Source: Chloroflexota bacterium | GTDB lineage: Bacteria; Chloroflexota; UBA11872; VXOZ01 | Direction of reading: 5' to 3' | Assembly: GCA_963662335.2 (NCBI GenBank) | Contig: CAXXVD010000003.1 | Span: forward strand, 492,675 to 556,674 | DNA: 64,000 nt | Shown: in pieces, positions 38,036 to 46,555 of the stretch | Numbering within the stretch: the first letter of the stretch is position 1 | Layout of the letters: every line of letters begins with the position of its first letter | Translations under genes and position numbers: made by a program | Notes under the pieces: model-generated | Told to the model about the DNA's origin: nothing | Seen by the model: the letters and a program-made list of their open reading frames with translations, nothing else | The model's database searches: none

Positions 38036-38701
38036 TCAGCCTCCGGCGCGTTGGGCGCTCGCCGCGCCGCCGGCGCCAAACTTGCGGAACGGACGCGCGT
38101 GCGCCAGGCCGGCGGCGGCGACGATCTCTGCCACGCGGGCGTGTTCAGCCGGTGTCGGCTCGCATTCCACCACGCCTTCGCCAAGCTGCTCCACCGCTCC
38201 CGCGACGAAGATGCGGCCGCCGTCCATGCCGTGGCCCAGCCGTTCGCTTGCGTTGCCGCAGACGATCAGGTCGCCGCGATGCATCATGAAGCCGCTCATG
38301 AAGCCTACGTTGCCCCCTACTACCACCATACCACCAAGCATGGCGATGCCGGTGCGCGCGGCCGCGTTGCCGTGCACGCAGACCATGCCGTTGTGGATCG
38401 CGGCGCCGGTGGCGTTGCCTGCGTGCCCGCGCACGACCACGCTGCCGCTCTGGAGTCCTTCCGCCGTGCTCCAGCCGGCGCTGCCGAGAATCTCGACCGT
38501 AGGCCCGTCGCCCATGGCCCCGCAGTAGTAGCCCACCGTGCCGCCAAAGATGAGGCGCGCGGGTTGGAACAACGCCACGCCCAGGCTGTGCCGGCCCCGC
38601 GGGTCGTACACGTGGATGTCGCGCTCACCCTGCGCCAGCGCGCGGCGAATGAGTTGGTTGACCTCGCGGGTGGAACGGTCTACGGCTTCAATGAAGAACA
38701 T
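38036..38701 (-). CDS. GXGXG-motif protein (GltB C-terminal beta-helix-domain homolog, stand-alone)
   Basis: 221 aa with repeated G-x-G turns (GGTVGYYCGAMGDG, GHAGNATGAAIHNG, GNAAARTGIAMLGG, GNVGFMSGFMMHRG). Confidence 0.85.
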   Translation of the reverse strand: MFFIEAVDRSTREVNQLIRRALAQGERDIHVYDPRGRHSLGVALFQPARLIFGGTVGYYCGAMGDGPTVEILGSAGWSTAEGLQSGSVVVRGHAGNATGAAIHNGMVCVHGNAAARTGIAMLGGMVVVGGNVGFMSGFMMHRGDLIVCGNASERLGHGMDGGRIFVAGAVEQLGEGVVECEPTPAEHARVAEIVAAAGLAHARPFRKFGAGGAASAQRAGG

Positions 38702-38793
38702 CGTCTTACCATAGGAGCAGGGCGACCGAGCACGTCATTCCCCTGAATAGGGTGGCAGCCGCCGTCATTGCTCTGAAAACAGCGCGACCGGCT

Positions 38794-38871
38794 CCGTCAT
38801 TCCCGCGCACGCGGGAATCCATCTGCTCCGCGCGCCACAAGGATGGATTCCCGCGTGCGCGGGAATGACGG
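38794..38871. repeat. B-family double hairpin (CCGTCATTCCCGCGCACGCGGGAATCCATC ... GATGGATTCCCGCGTGCGCGGGAATGACGG)
   Basis: Two inverted B units. Degenerate B-like pieces also occur at about 38733-38790. Confidence 0.8.
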
Positions 38872-38966
38872 TGCGGCGCCCTGCCCCCATACTCGTTCCC
38901 TTGGGTGACCGTCGGGCGGCCATGGCGATTACTCTGGTAGGGCACGTCGCTAACCTCCCGGAGTCT

Positions 38967-39060
38967 CCGGTAGCGCAGGTTTGTAATCTGCGAAGATGTT
39001 AGCTCAATCCTTTGCGTGTCAATTTCAACAGTTCCGGCGGGGGACAAGCCCCCGCGCTAC
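38967..39060 (+). repeat. composite D+C element, copy 2
   Basis: CCGGTAGCGCAGGTTTGTAATCTGCG..TCAATCCTTTGCGTGTCAATTTCAA..CCGGCGGGGGACAAGCCCCCGCGCTAC. Collinear with copy 1. Confidence 0.85.
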
Positions 39061-39109
39061 GGCCCAGATTCCTCGCCGCGCTCGGAATGACGTGATTTGT
39101 CAGCGTCAC

Positions 39110-40066
39110 CTACGGTAGTGCCGTCTGCGCGCCGGCCTCGGCAAGACTTGGCTTCCGCCTGGACCAGACGTGCACCTGCTTGGCGTCCGGTTCCCACGTG
39201 ACCAACTCTTGTTCCAGCCCTTCGCAGACCGCGGCGGCTTCCGAACTCACCACCACGAAGTCGTCGGTCTCCGCGATCACCAGCGGGCGCGCGCCCATGA
39301 AGTCCTTGGCCGCGCCCAGTTCGTTCTCGGTGGCCGCCACGTAGGTGTACGTGCCGTCCAGCACGTCCAGCGAAGCGCGCATGGCGTCCTCCAGCGAGGC
39401 CCCGCGCTCCATCGCCAAGGCCAGGAAGGCGCCGATCACCTCCGCGTCGTTGGTGGTGGAGAAACGCCGGCCCTGCGCCTCGAACTTGCGGCGCAGTTTG
39501 TGGTAGTTCGTAATCTGCCCGGCGTGCGCCACCGCCATGTCGGGCCGCGGCCGCGCCCAGAAGGGCTGCGAATGGCTCACGTCCACCCGACTCTCCGTGG
39601 CCAGACGCGCCTGGCCGATCATGTGGGTGCCGCGAATGGCGGAAAGCGCGTACTCCTCCTCCAGGTGGTCGATGGAGCCCACGTCCTTCATGATGCTGAG
39701 CCGCCGCCCGACGCTGAAGCACTCGACGCCGCCAAGTTCGCTCACGCTCTCGGCGACGCTCACCACCCCGTGCACGTCTTCCACTCCGTCGAGCACGAGT
39801 TGCAAGGTGTGGCCGACCATGCGCGACTTGACGACGTTGGCCTTGCGTCCCACGCGCCGCACGACCCGCCCACTGAGCGTGCGCGCGTCAGCGCCCTCGA
39901 CCTTCACGGCCACCAGGACCTGGCCCCGCGTCTCCGGCACGAAGAACGCCGCCCCGGTTGAATCCGGCGTGTGCGGCGAGAGCGACCGCAGCATCTTGAG
40001 CGCAATGTCGCCAATCGGCGCGTAGCCGTCGCCGGTGCGGTCGAGATAGCCGACAACTCCGTACAC
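39110..40066 (-). CDS. class-II (Ntn) glutamine-amidotransferase-like protein, stand-alone, with Tyr at the Cys1 position
   Basis: GTG at 40066 lies 8 nt after GGGAGGAGG, giving M-Y-G-V-V-G-Y where the family has M-C-G-I-V-G. HAGQITNY and TNDAEVI resemble HNGEI.N and SD.EV motifs. Confidence 0.7.
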   Translation of the reverse strand: MYGVVGYLDRTGDGYAPIGDIALKMLRSLSPHTPDSTGAAFFVPETRGQVLVAVKVEGADARTLSGRVVRRVGRKANVVKSRMVGHTLQLVLDGVEDVHGVVSVAESVSELGGVECFSVGRRLSIMKDVGSIDHLEEEYALSAIRGTHMIGQARLATESRVDVSHSQPFWARPRPDMAVAHAGQITNYHKLRRKFEAQGRRFSTTNDAEVIGAFLALAMERGASLEDAMRASLDVLDGTYTYVAATENELGAAKDFMGARPLVIAETDDFVVVSSEAAAVCEGLEQELVTWEPDAKQVHVWSRRKPSLAEAGAQTALP

Positions 40067-40179
40067 GATTCGTGCCTCCTCCCTTCTATCATACGCCTTC
40101 GGGCAAGATTGCACGCTCCATCTCTCCTGTACCTTCCGCTTCTATCCCTATATTCAGTGTGGTGAGACTTTACCATGAT

Positions 40180-40241
40180 GAAAGCGCAGCGGACTCCGTC
40201 ATTCCCGCGTGCGCGGGAATGACGGAGTCCGCTGCGCTTTC
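40180..40241. repeat. 62-bp perfect palindrome built on a B-family core
   Basis: GAAAGCGCAGCGGACTCCGTCATTCCCGCG-TG-CGCGGGAATGACGGAGTCCGCTGCGCTTTC. The 30-nt arms were verified base by base. Confidence 0.9.
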
Positions 40242-40387
40242 ATTCCCCTGGGAGGCAGAGCCAACCGTTTCTCTATTCCACAGGCTGCCGGACGGGGCCG
40301 CGGGTACGGCCCACGTGCTTGACTCCCGCGCGCGCTCTGCGTGCGTGTCCCTCGCCGCCGGTTGGGCCAACTGCGCCGCCGCTGTGG

Positions 40388-40417
40388 TTGACCCTCGGCT
40401 TGCGCCCTACCTATAAT
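40388..40417 (+). promoter_or_regulatory. sigma70-like promoter TTGACC-18-TATAAT upstream of tRNA-Thr
   Basis: Read directly. The -10 element ends about 60 nt before the tRNA 5' end. Confidence 0.5.
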
Positions 40418-40478
40418 TTCAATGTGGGCAGTGGTCCGGTCCAAAGCGGGAATCTCCAACTTCCCAGGCAACGCGCGC

Positions 40479-40550
40479 GCCGACGTAGCTCAATGGCAGA
40501 GCAGCGGTTTTGTAAACCGCAGGTTATGGGTTCGAATCCCTTCGTCGGCT
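40479..40550 (+). tRNA. tRNA-Thr (anticodon TGT), CCA not encoded
   Basis: Acceptor GCCGACG/CGTCGGC, D arm GCTC-AATGGCA-GAGC, anticodon arm GCGGT-TTTGTAA-ACCGC, T arm ATGGG-TTCGAAT-CCCTT (one U-U mismatch). Confidence 0.85.
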
Positions 40551-40586
40551 CCGGTTTTCTCCTCACCCTAATGCTGTCGCATTAAC

Positions 40587-40680
40587 GTAGCGCGGGGGCT
40601 TGTCCCCCGCCGGAGCAAGAGAAAAAGATATGAAAAGGATTGAACCTACAGTGTCGCAGGTTGCAAGCCTGCGTTACCGG
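40587..40680 (-). repeat. composite D+C element, copy 3 (inverted orientation)
   Basis: GTAGCGCGGGGGCTTGTCCCCCGCCGG...GGATTGAACCTACAGTGTCGCAGGTTGCAAGCCTGCGTTACCGG is the reverse complement of the copy 1/2 layout. Confidence 0.8.
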
Positions 40681-40718
40681 AGATGTGAGGCGGATTGGGT
40701 TTCACGAGGAGGCGCAAC

Positions 40719-42965
40719 ATGGCGCGTTCCGCATGGCGGCGGGTGGGGCTGGAAATACAGGCGGAGCCGGGCGCGGAGCCTGACCGCTGCGACGTGGCGT
40801 TTCACGGCGTAGACGGCCGGGTGGACCGGGGTCTGGCGCTCACGCTGCCGGCCGGCAGGGTCGGCACGTGGGAGTTCACGGTCACCGTGCGCGCGCCGGT
40901 GGCGGCCGGCGGCGGCTTCCTCTTCCGGCGCCACGGCTTTTTGCTGGGGCACCGGGTGCAGGACTACAACCCGCGCGGGCGCGACTACGTGACCCTGGAA
41001 ACGCGCTCGGCGGCGCGGCTGCGCCTGGTGGTGAATTCCCTCAACCAGTCGCACCGGCCCAGCTTTGCCCAAGTGCTCGTGACCGGCGGCGCGCTGAGGC
41101 CCGGCGACCGCTTTACCGTGCGCGTGGGCGACCGGCGGCAGGGCGGCCCCGGCAGCGAGGTCTACGATTGCACCACACTCGGTCGCCTCGCCTTTGCGGT
41201 AGACCGCGCCGGTGATGGCGTCTACCGGACGCTGGCGTGCAGTCCGGCGACGGTGCGCATTGACGCCGAACCCCGCGCCGACCTGCTGCGCGCGCTCGGC
41301 CCCTCGATTGTCGCGCCGGGCGAACCGTTTGCGGTCCATCTTATCGCCTTCGACCGCCATCGCAACGTCTGTTCCCAATACCGCGGCACGGTGACGCTCA
41401 CCGGCCCGGACGGCGCGCTGCCGCCAACGGCCGCGTTCACCGCGCGGGAGCAGGGCGTCTTGATCATCGAGAACGCGCGCCTCACCGCGCCCGGCCTCTA
41501 CCGTTTCACCGCCGTAGACGAGCGCAACGGCCTGCGCGCGCGCAGCAATCCCACGCTCTGCGAGGCCGCGCCGCAGCGACGCCTCTACTGGGGCGAACTG
41601 CACTGCCATAGCTGGGGCGATACGACGCTTGAGCTGATGAGCGAGCCGAACTTCAAGTCTCATCCCGCCCGCCGCCACGAGCAGGCGCGGCAGGTGGGCC
41701 GCCTGGATTTCTGCGCGCCGGGGCCCATGTCCGCGCCCAACGACGCGGACCGTCCCGAAGTCTGGCAGGCGCACCGGGACGCCTTTCGCGCCAACGACGA
41801 GCCGGGCGCGTACGTGCCCTTTCTGGCCTACGAGGCGCATCCGGGACTGGGCGGCGACCGCAACGTGGTCTTTCGGGGGGATGAGCCGACCCACTTGCCC
41901 ATGAAAGCGCCTATGGACGACGTGATGAACGCCTACGGCGCGCGCGCTGACGTTCTCCTGGAAGCCCATATCGGCGGCGGGCCGCCCAACTGGACGGCCT
42001 ATCCCACTGAGGAAGCGCCGCTGGTGGAAGTCACCAGCGGCCACGGCGCGTTCGAGTGGGTGCTCCAGCGGGCGCTGCGCCACGGCTACCGGCCGGCGGT
42101 GATCGGCTCCAGCGACGTGCACCTGCCGACCCTCGGCGCGCCCATGGCCGCCCACTGCTTTCGCGGGCGCTTCAACGAGGAGTTCAATATCCGCGACACG
42201 GCCTTCGGCAGCGGCCAGGTGGCCGGGGTCTACGCGGCGGCCCGCGCGCGGGAAAGCATCTGGCAGGCGCTCCGCGACCGCCAAACGTTCGCCACCACCG
42301 GCGCGCGCATCATCCTGGACGTGCGCGCCAACGGACAACCGGCCGGCGGCATTGTCGAGTCCGCCGGGCCGGTTGACGTATGCGTTCGCGCCCACGCCTG
42401 CGCGCCAATCGAGCGGGTGGACCTGATTCGCGGCGACCGCTGTGTGGCGTCCTGGTTGCCTGGCGCGCTCGACGCCGCGCTCGACGCCGCGCTCGACTTC
42501 ACCGATGCGCAGCCTTTGCGGGAGAATGCCTACTACGTCCGCCTGCGCCAGACCGACGGCGAATACGCCTGGAGCACGCCGGTGTGGGTCGCGTGCGCCG
42601 GCGGCGGCGCTGCGCCGGACCCCAGCCTGCCGCTCTGGAACGCCCACGAGCCGGTCGACCTGGCAAGCCTGCGCCCCAACGCGGCGGAGCAATACGAAGA
42701 CGCGCTCTGGGCGTACCTGGAAACCGAGGAAGACCCGGCGCTCTTCCGCGGCCTGACGCCGGTCAAGCTCTTGGAGGAAGCCCCCGGCCGCGCGGCCCTG
42801 TTCTACGCTTTCTACGCCCCGGACGGCTGGCCGGTGAGCATCCGCTGGTACTACGAGTTCGACCTGCCCCGGCTGCACGTAGACTGGGGCTGGCGCGACT
42901 TCGGCGCGCGCCCCACGCCCACGAAAGTCACCGAACCGGCGGAGATGAAAGACCCCTTGGCCTGA
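40719..42965 (+). CDS. DUF3604-like (PHP/CehA-type metallo-phosphoesterase fold) large protein
   Basis: ATG at 40719 after GAGGAGG. LYWGELHCHS, FLAYEAHPG, GSSDVH, FATTGARI and EYAWSTPVWV resemble DUF3604 signature blocks. The N-terminal ~290 aa are unassigned. Confidence 0.55.
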   Translation: MARSAWRRVGLEIQAEPGAEPDRCDVAFHGVDGRVDRGLALTLPAGRVGTWEFTVTVRAPVAAGGGFLFRRHGFLLGHRVQDYNPRGRDYVTLETRSAARLRLVVNSLNQSHRPSFAQVLVTGGALRPGDRFTVRVGDRRQGGPGSEVYDCTTLGRLAFAVDRAGDGVYRTLACSPATVRIDAEPRADLLRALGPSIVAPGEPFAVHLIAFDRHRNVCSQYRGTVTLTGPDGALPPTAAFTAREQGVLIIENARLTAPGLYRFTAVDERNGLRARSNPTLCEAAPQRRLYWGELHCHSWGDTTLELMSEPNFKSHPARRHEQARQVGRLDFCAPGPMSAPNDADRPEVWQAHRDAFRANDEPGAYVPFLAYEAHPGLGGDRNVVFRGDEPTHLPMKAPMDDVMNAYGARADVLLEAHIGGGPPNWTAYPTEEAPLVEVTSGHGAFEWVLQRALRHGYRPAVIGSSDVHLPTLGAPMAAHCFRGRFNEEFNIRDTAFGSGQVAGVYAAARARESIWQALRDRQTFATTGARIILDVRANGQPAGGIVESAGPVDVCVRAHACAPIERVDLIRGDRCVASWLPGALDAALDAALDFTDAQPLRENAYYVRLRQTDGEYAWSTPVWVACAGGGAAPDPSLPLWNAHEPVDLASLRPNAAEQYEDALWAYLETEEDPALFRGLTPVKLLEEAPGRAALFYAFYAPDGWPVSIRWYYEFDLPRLHVDWGWRDFGARPTPTKVTEPAEMKDPLA

Positions 42966-43086
42966 CGGTCTGAAAGCCACGCGAAATCCTGTCCGAATGA
43001 CCGTCATGCCCGCGCGCCGCATCCAGGGTAGAGGCTCATGCCCGCAATGATCCCGTCCTCACCGCAGTTCTAAGGAGGTGTCCACC

Positions 43087-44121
43087 ATGCGCCCGCTTGC
43101 GTTCGAATACGACCTCTCCCAACACATAGACGAAGCGCAGCCCGCGATGCTCTTCAGCGGCGCTACCGCTGAGGAACTCCGCGACTGGCAGGAGCGCTTT
43201 CGCGCCAAAGTGCTCAGCCTGCTGGGCATCCTGCCGGAACGCGCCGCGCTGAAGATCGAATATGTGGAAGAGGTAGACTGCGGGACGTACGTCCGCCGCA
43301 AGCTGCGCTACCAGACCGAGGAAGGCGTCTGGGTACCGGCCTATCTCCTCGTGCCCAAGGGCGTATCCCCCGCTAAGAAGTCGGCGGCAATCCTCTGTCT
43401 GCACGGCCACGGGCGCTTTGGCAAGGATAGCGTAGCCGGCATCGCGGACACGCCGGAACGCGCGGCGGAAGTCAACCGCCTGCAGTACGACTTTGGCCGG
43501 CGCTTTGCCGAGCAGGGCTACGTGGTGCTGGCGCCCGACCTGCGCGGCTTTGGCGAGCGCCAGCCGCACTATCCCGACCCCAAGCCCGACTACTGCTGCC
43601 GCAACTACATGGCCGCCACGCTGCTGGGCCGCACCGTGGTCGGCTACCAGCTCTGCGACCTGCACGCGGCGGTGGACGTCTTGGAGTCGCTGCCGTACGT
43701 TGATTCCCAGCGGCTGGCGGCGGCCGGCCTCTCTTACGGCGGGCGCATGACGATGCTCATCAGCGCCATGGACGCCCGCATTGCGGCCTGCGTGCCCTCC
43801 GGTTGCCTGAACGTGTACCAGGAGCGCTACCAGAACCTCCACCAGTGCGGCTCCCAACTCATCCCCAGTTTGCTGCTCTATGGCGACACGCCGGAGATAT
43901 TTTCGCTCATCGCGCCGCGCCCCATGGTCATCGAATGGGGCCTGCGGGACAAACTCATCCCCCACGAGTGGGCCGAACGCGCCCTGGCCCGCATCCGCAA
44001 AGCCTACGCCGCTTCCGGTAGTCCGGACAACCTCACCGTGCACCAATTCGACAAGGGCCACGTGTTCGAAGGCACGGTGGGCGCGGAGATGCTCCACCGC
44101 TGGCGGCAGGGTGTAGATTAG
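43087..44121 (+). CDS. alpha/beta hydrolase (dienelactone hydrolase / acetyl-esterase-like)
   Basis: ATG at 43087 lies 8 nt after AAGGAGG (the ORF-track GTG at 43078 overlaps the RBS). LCLHGHG and nucleophile elbow GLSYGG. Confidence 0.7.
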   Translation: MRPLAFEYDLSQHIDEAQPAMLFSGATAEELRDWQERFRAKVLSLLGILPERAALKIEYVEEVDCGTYVRRKLRYQTEEGVWVPAYLLVPKGVSPAKKSAAILCLHGHGRFGKDSVAGIADTPERAAEVNRLQYDFGRRFAEQGYVVLAPDLRGFGERQPHYPDPKPDYCCRNYMAATLLGRTVVGYQLCDLHAAVDVLESLPYVDSQRLAAAGLSYGGRMTMLISAMDARIAACVPSGCLNVYQERYQNLHQCGSQLIPSLLLYGDTPEIFSLIAPRPMVIEWGLRDKLIPHEWAERALARIRKAYAASGSPDNLTVHQFDKGHVFEGTVGAEMLHRWRQGVD

Positions 44122-44351
44122 GAGACGCGGCGGCAGCGAAGCGCCCGGCGCCGGGACGTGGCTAATGTACCCTTTGCGCGCGCCTGCGCAGCGTAGGGCA
44201 GCGCGCCAGCGGCTGTCATTGAATTGCGCGGATTGTTCAGGGCGGGCGCGAAGTGGCATAATGTCGAATGGCGGTTGTTTCTTCTCCATCGCCGCGCCAG
44301 CGTTGCGCGGGTTGGATATAGTCGATTTCGTCGAAGACGCTGAGGCGGCGC

Positions 44352-45461
44352 ATGCAAAGACGGGTTCATTACTTTCCGCGTCGTCTGCCGTGGCGGCGGG
44401 CCCTCGTGGGCGCGGGTCTGGTTGTCCTCCTGCTGCTCACCTTCGTCGGCGGCGCGGCATGGTTCGTGAACCAGGGAGAAGAAGCGCCGCCGGAGCCGGC
44501 CGGCGCGGCCAGCCCCCCGGCGGTGGAGAAAGCCGATACCGGCGCCTCCGTACCCGAAAAGATCATAGAGAGCGCCCGCGCGGTAGGCGAAAAGCTCATC
44601 CCCGACTGGCCGGAATCCGAGCCCTTTAGTGTGCTCGTCATCGGCGTGGACACCCGCCAGTATGACGTTGGCGGCCGCGCCGACACCCTCATCGTGGTCA
44701 CGATCGACCCGGAGAAGCAGGCCGCGCTGCTGATCTCTATCCCGCGCGACATGATGGCGCTGATTGCCGGCTATGAAGACCGGCGCATCAACGAACTCTT
44801 CGCCTACGGCGGCCCGGAACTTGTGCTAAAGTCGGCCGAGTACTTGCTGGGGATGCCAATCCAGTACTACCTCACCATCGACTTCGAAGGCTTCCGGCGC
44901 ATGGTCGATACGTTGGGCGGCGTGAAGATCGACGTGAAGTACGACATCGAGGACTACAAGTTCCCCAACGCCGATGACACCGGCTTCGAGCCGTTCATCA
45001 TCGCGCGCGGGGAGCACCACATGGACGGCGATACCCTGCTCCGCTACGTGCGCACGCGCTGGGACGACCCCCGGGGCGACTTTGGCCGCATCGAGCGGCA
45101 GCAGCAGGCGCTGGTCGCGCTCAAGTCGCAGTTGCTGACCCATCAGACTTTCGGCAAGATTCACCTGCTCCTCGGTGAGTTCCAGGGCATGGTGGATACC
45201 AACTTTCCCATCTCGCCCCAGCGGGCGCTCGCGTTGGGCAAACTCGGTCTCGCCATCGAGCCGGAGCGCATCTATAGCAAGGTGATCGACTACGAGGGAA
45301 ACCTGGTAGCGGACGTTGAACTGGAATCAGGCGCGAAGGTGCTCAGGCCGAACCTGCCCGCTGTGCGCAGCATGATGGAGCGGAGCCTCGTTGCGATCGG
45401 GCAACTGGAACCGGTGGCGGGCCAGGAAGCCACGTTGCAGCAAGCGGACGTCGAACCCTAG
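44352..45461 (+). CDS. LytR-CpsA-Psr (LCP) family cell-envelope phosphotransferase
   Basis: N-terminal TM. VLVIGVDTR..RADTLIVVTIDP..SIPRD..YLTIDFEGFRRMVDTLGGV pattern. Confidence 0.8.
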   Translation: MQRRVHYFPRRLPWRRALVGAGLVVLLLLTFVGGAAWFVNQGEEAPPEPAGAASPPAVEKADTGASVPEKIIESARAVGEKLIPDWPESEPFSVLVIGVDTRQYDVGGRADTLIVVTIDPEKQAALLISIPRDMMALIAGYEDRRINELFAYGGPELVLKSAEYLLGMPIQYYLTIDFEGFRRMVDTLGGVKIDVKYDIEDYKFPNADDTGFEPFIIARGEHHMDGDTLLRYVRTRWDDPRGDFGRIERQQQALVALKSQLLTHQTFGKIHLLLGEFQGMVDTNFPISPQRALALGKLGLAIEPERIYSKVIDYEGNLVADVELESGAKVLRPNLPAVRSMMERSLVAIGQLEPVAGQEATLQQADVEP

Positions 45462-45581
45462 GCCGGTCGAAACGCGCGCCGGGGGCCGCCCGCGGCGGCG
45501 GCATGAATGCGCATGGCGTAGCGCGCCGCCGCGCTGGAAATCGCTACCGTCGCTTCAGTGAATGCGCAACAAGGGATAGCC

Positions 45582-46520
45582 ATGTCAGAAACGCCGCCGT
45601 TACCGCCCATGATCTACGACAACGTGAGCCAACTGATCGGCCGCACACCGCTGGTGCGCCTCAACCGCCTGCCGGGGCCGGACTCGGCAACGGTGCTCGC
45701 CAAGCTGGAGGCGCGGAACCCGGGCGGCAGCGTGAAAGACCGCATCGGCCTGGCCATGATCGAAGCGGCGGAGCGGGACGGCAAGCTGAAGCCCGGCGAC
45801 ACGGTGGTGGAGCCGACCAGCGGCAACACGGGCATCGGGCTGGCGATTGCCTGCGCCGTGAAAGGCTACCGGCTCATGCTCACCATGCCGGAGGACATGA
45901 GCGTGGAGCGGCGCAAACTGCTGGCGCTGCTGGGCGCGGAGCTGGCGCTGACGCCGGCCGTGGAAGGCATGTCCGGCGCGGTCTACGCGGCGCAGGAACT
46001 GGTGCGCGAACACGGCTACTTCATGCCCCAGCAGTTCATGAATCCGGCGAACCCGGCCATCCACCGCGAAACCACGGCGCGGGAAATCTTGCACGATACG
46101 CAAGGCGCGCTGGACGCCGTGGTGGCGATGGTGGGCACCGGCGGCACGATTACGGGCATCGGCCAGGTGATGCGCGCGGAAGCGCCGCACGTGCAAGTGA
46201 TCGCGGTGGAACCGGCGAAATCGGCGGTGCTTTCCGGCGGCCGGCCGGGCATTACGCGCATCCAGGGCACCGGCGCCGGTTTCGTGCCCGGCATTCTGGA
46301 CCGCAGCGTGCTGGACGCGGTGCGCACGGTGGAAGATGAAGAGGCGTTTGCGACGGCGGAGCGGCTGGCCAAGGCGGAAGGCATCCTGGCCGGCATCTCC
46401 GGCGGCGGCGCGGTGACGGTCGCCCTGGCCGTGGCGCAAGAGTTGGGCCCGGCTAAGACCGTGGTGACGCTCATCCCGGACGCCGGGGAACGCTACCTCT
46501 CGATGTGGGAGATAGAGTAG
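45582..46520 (+). CDS. cysK: cysteine synthase A (O-acetylserine sulfhydrylase)
   Basis: LIGRTPLVRL, NPGGSVKDRIG (PLP Lys), EPTSGNTGIGLA, GTGGTITG. Confidence 0.9.
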   Translation: MSETPPLPPMIYDNVSQLIGRTPLVRLNRLPGPDSATVLAKLEARNPGGSVKDRIGLAMIEAAERDGKLKPGDTVVEPTSGNTGIGLAIACAVKGYRLMLTMPEDMSVERRKLLALLGAELALTPAVEGMSGAVYAAQELVREHGYFMPQQFMNPANPAIHRETTAREILHDTQGALDAVVAMVGTGGTITGIGQVMRAEAPHVQVIAVEPAKSAVLSGGRPGITRIQGTGAGFVPGILDRSVLDAVRTVEDEEAFATAERLAKAEGILAGISGGGAVTVALAVAQELGPAKTVVTLIPDAGERYLSMWEIE

Positions 46521-46555
46521 CCGGCCCTTCGCCACCGGGTCGAGAGAGGACAACC

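Noticed and set aside
40674-43022. 782-aa minus-strand ORF
   Set aside because: It is antisense to the DUF3604-like gene and has the same Arg/Ala-rich artefact composition. It has no motifs and no RBS.
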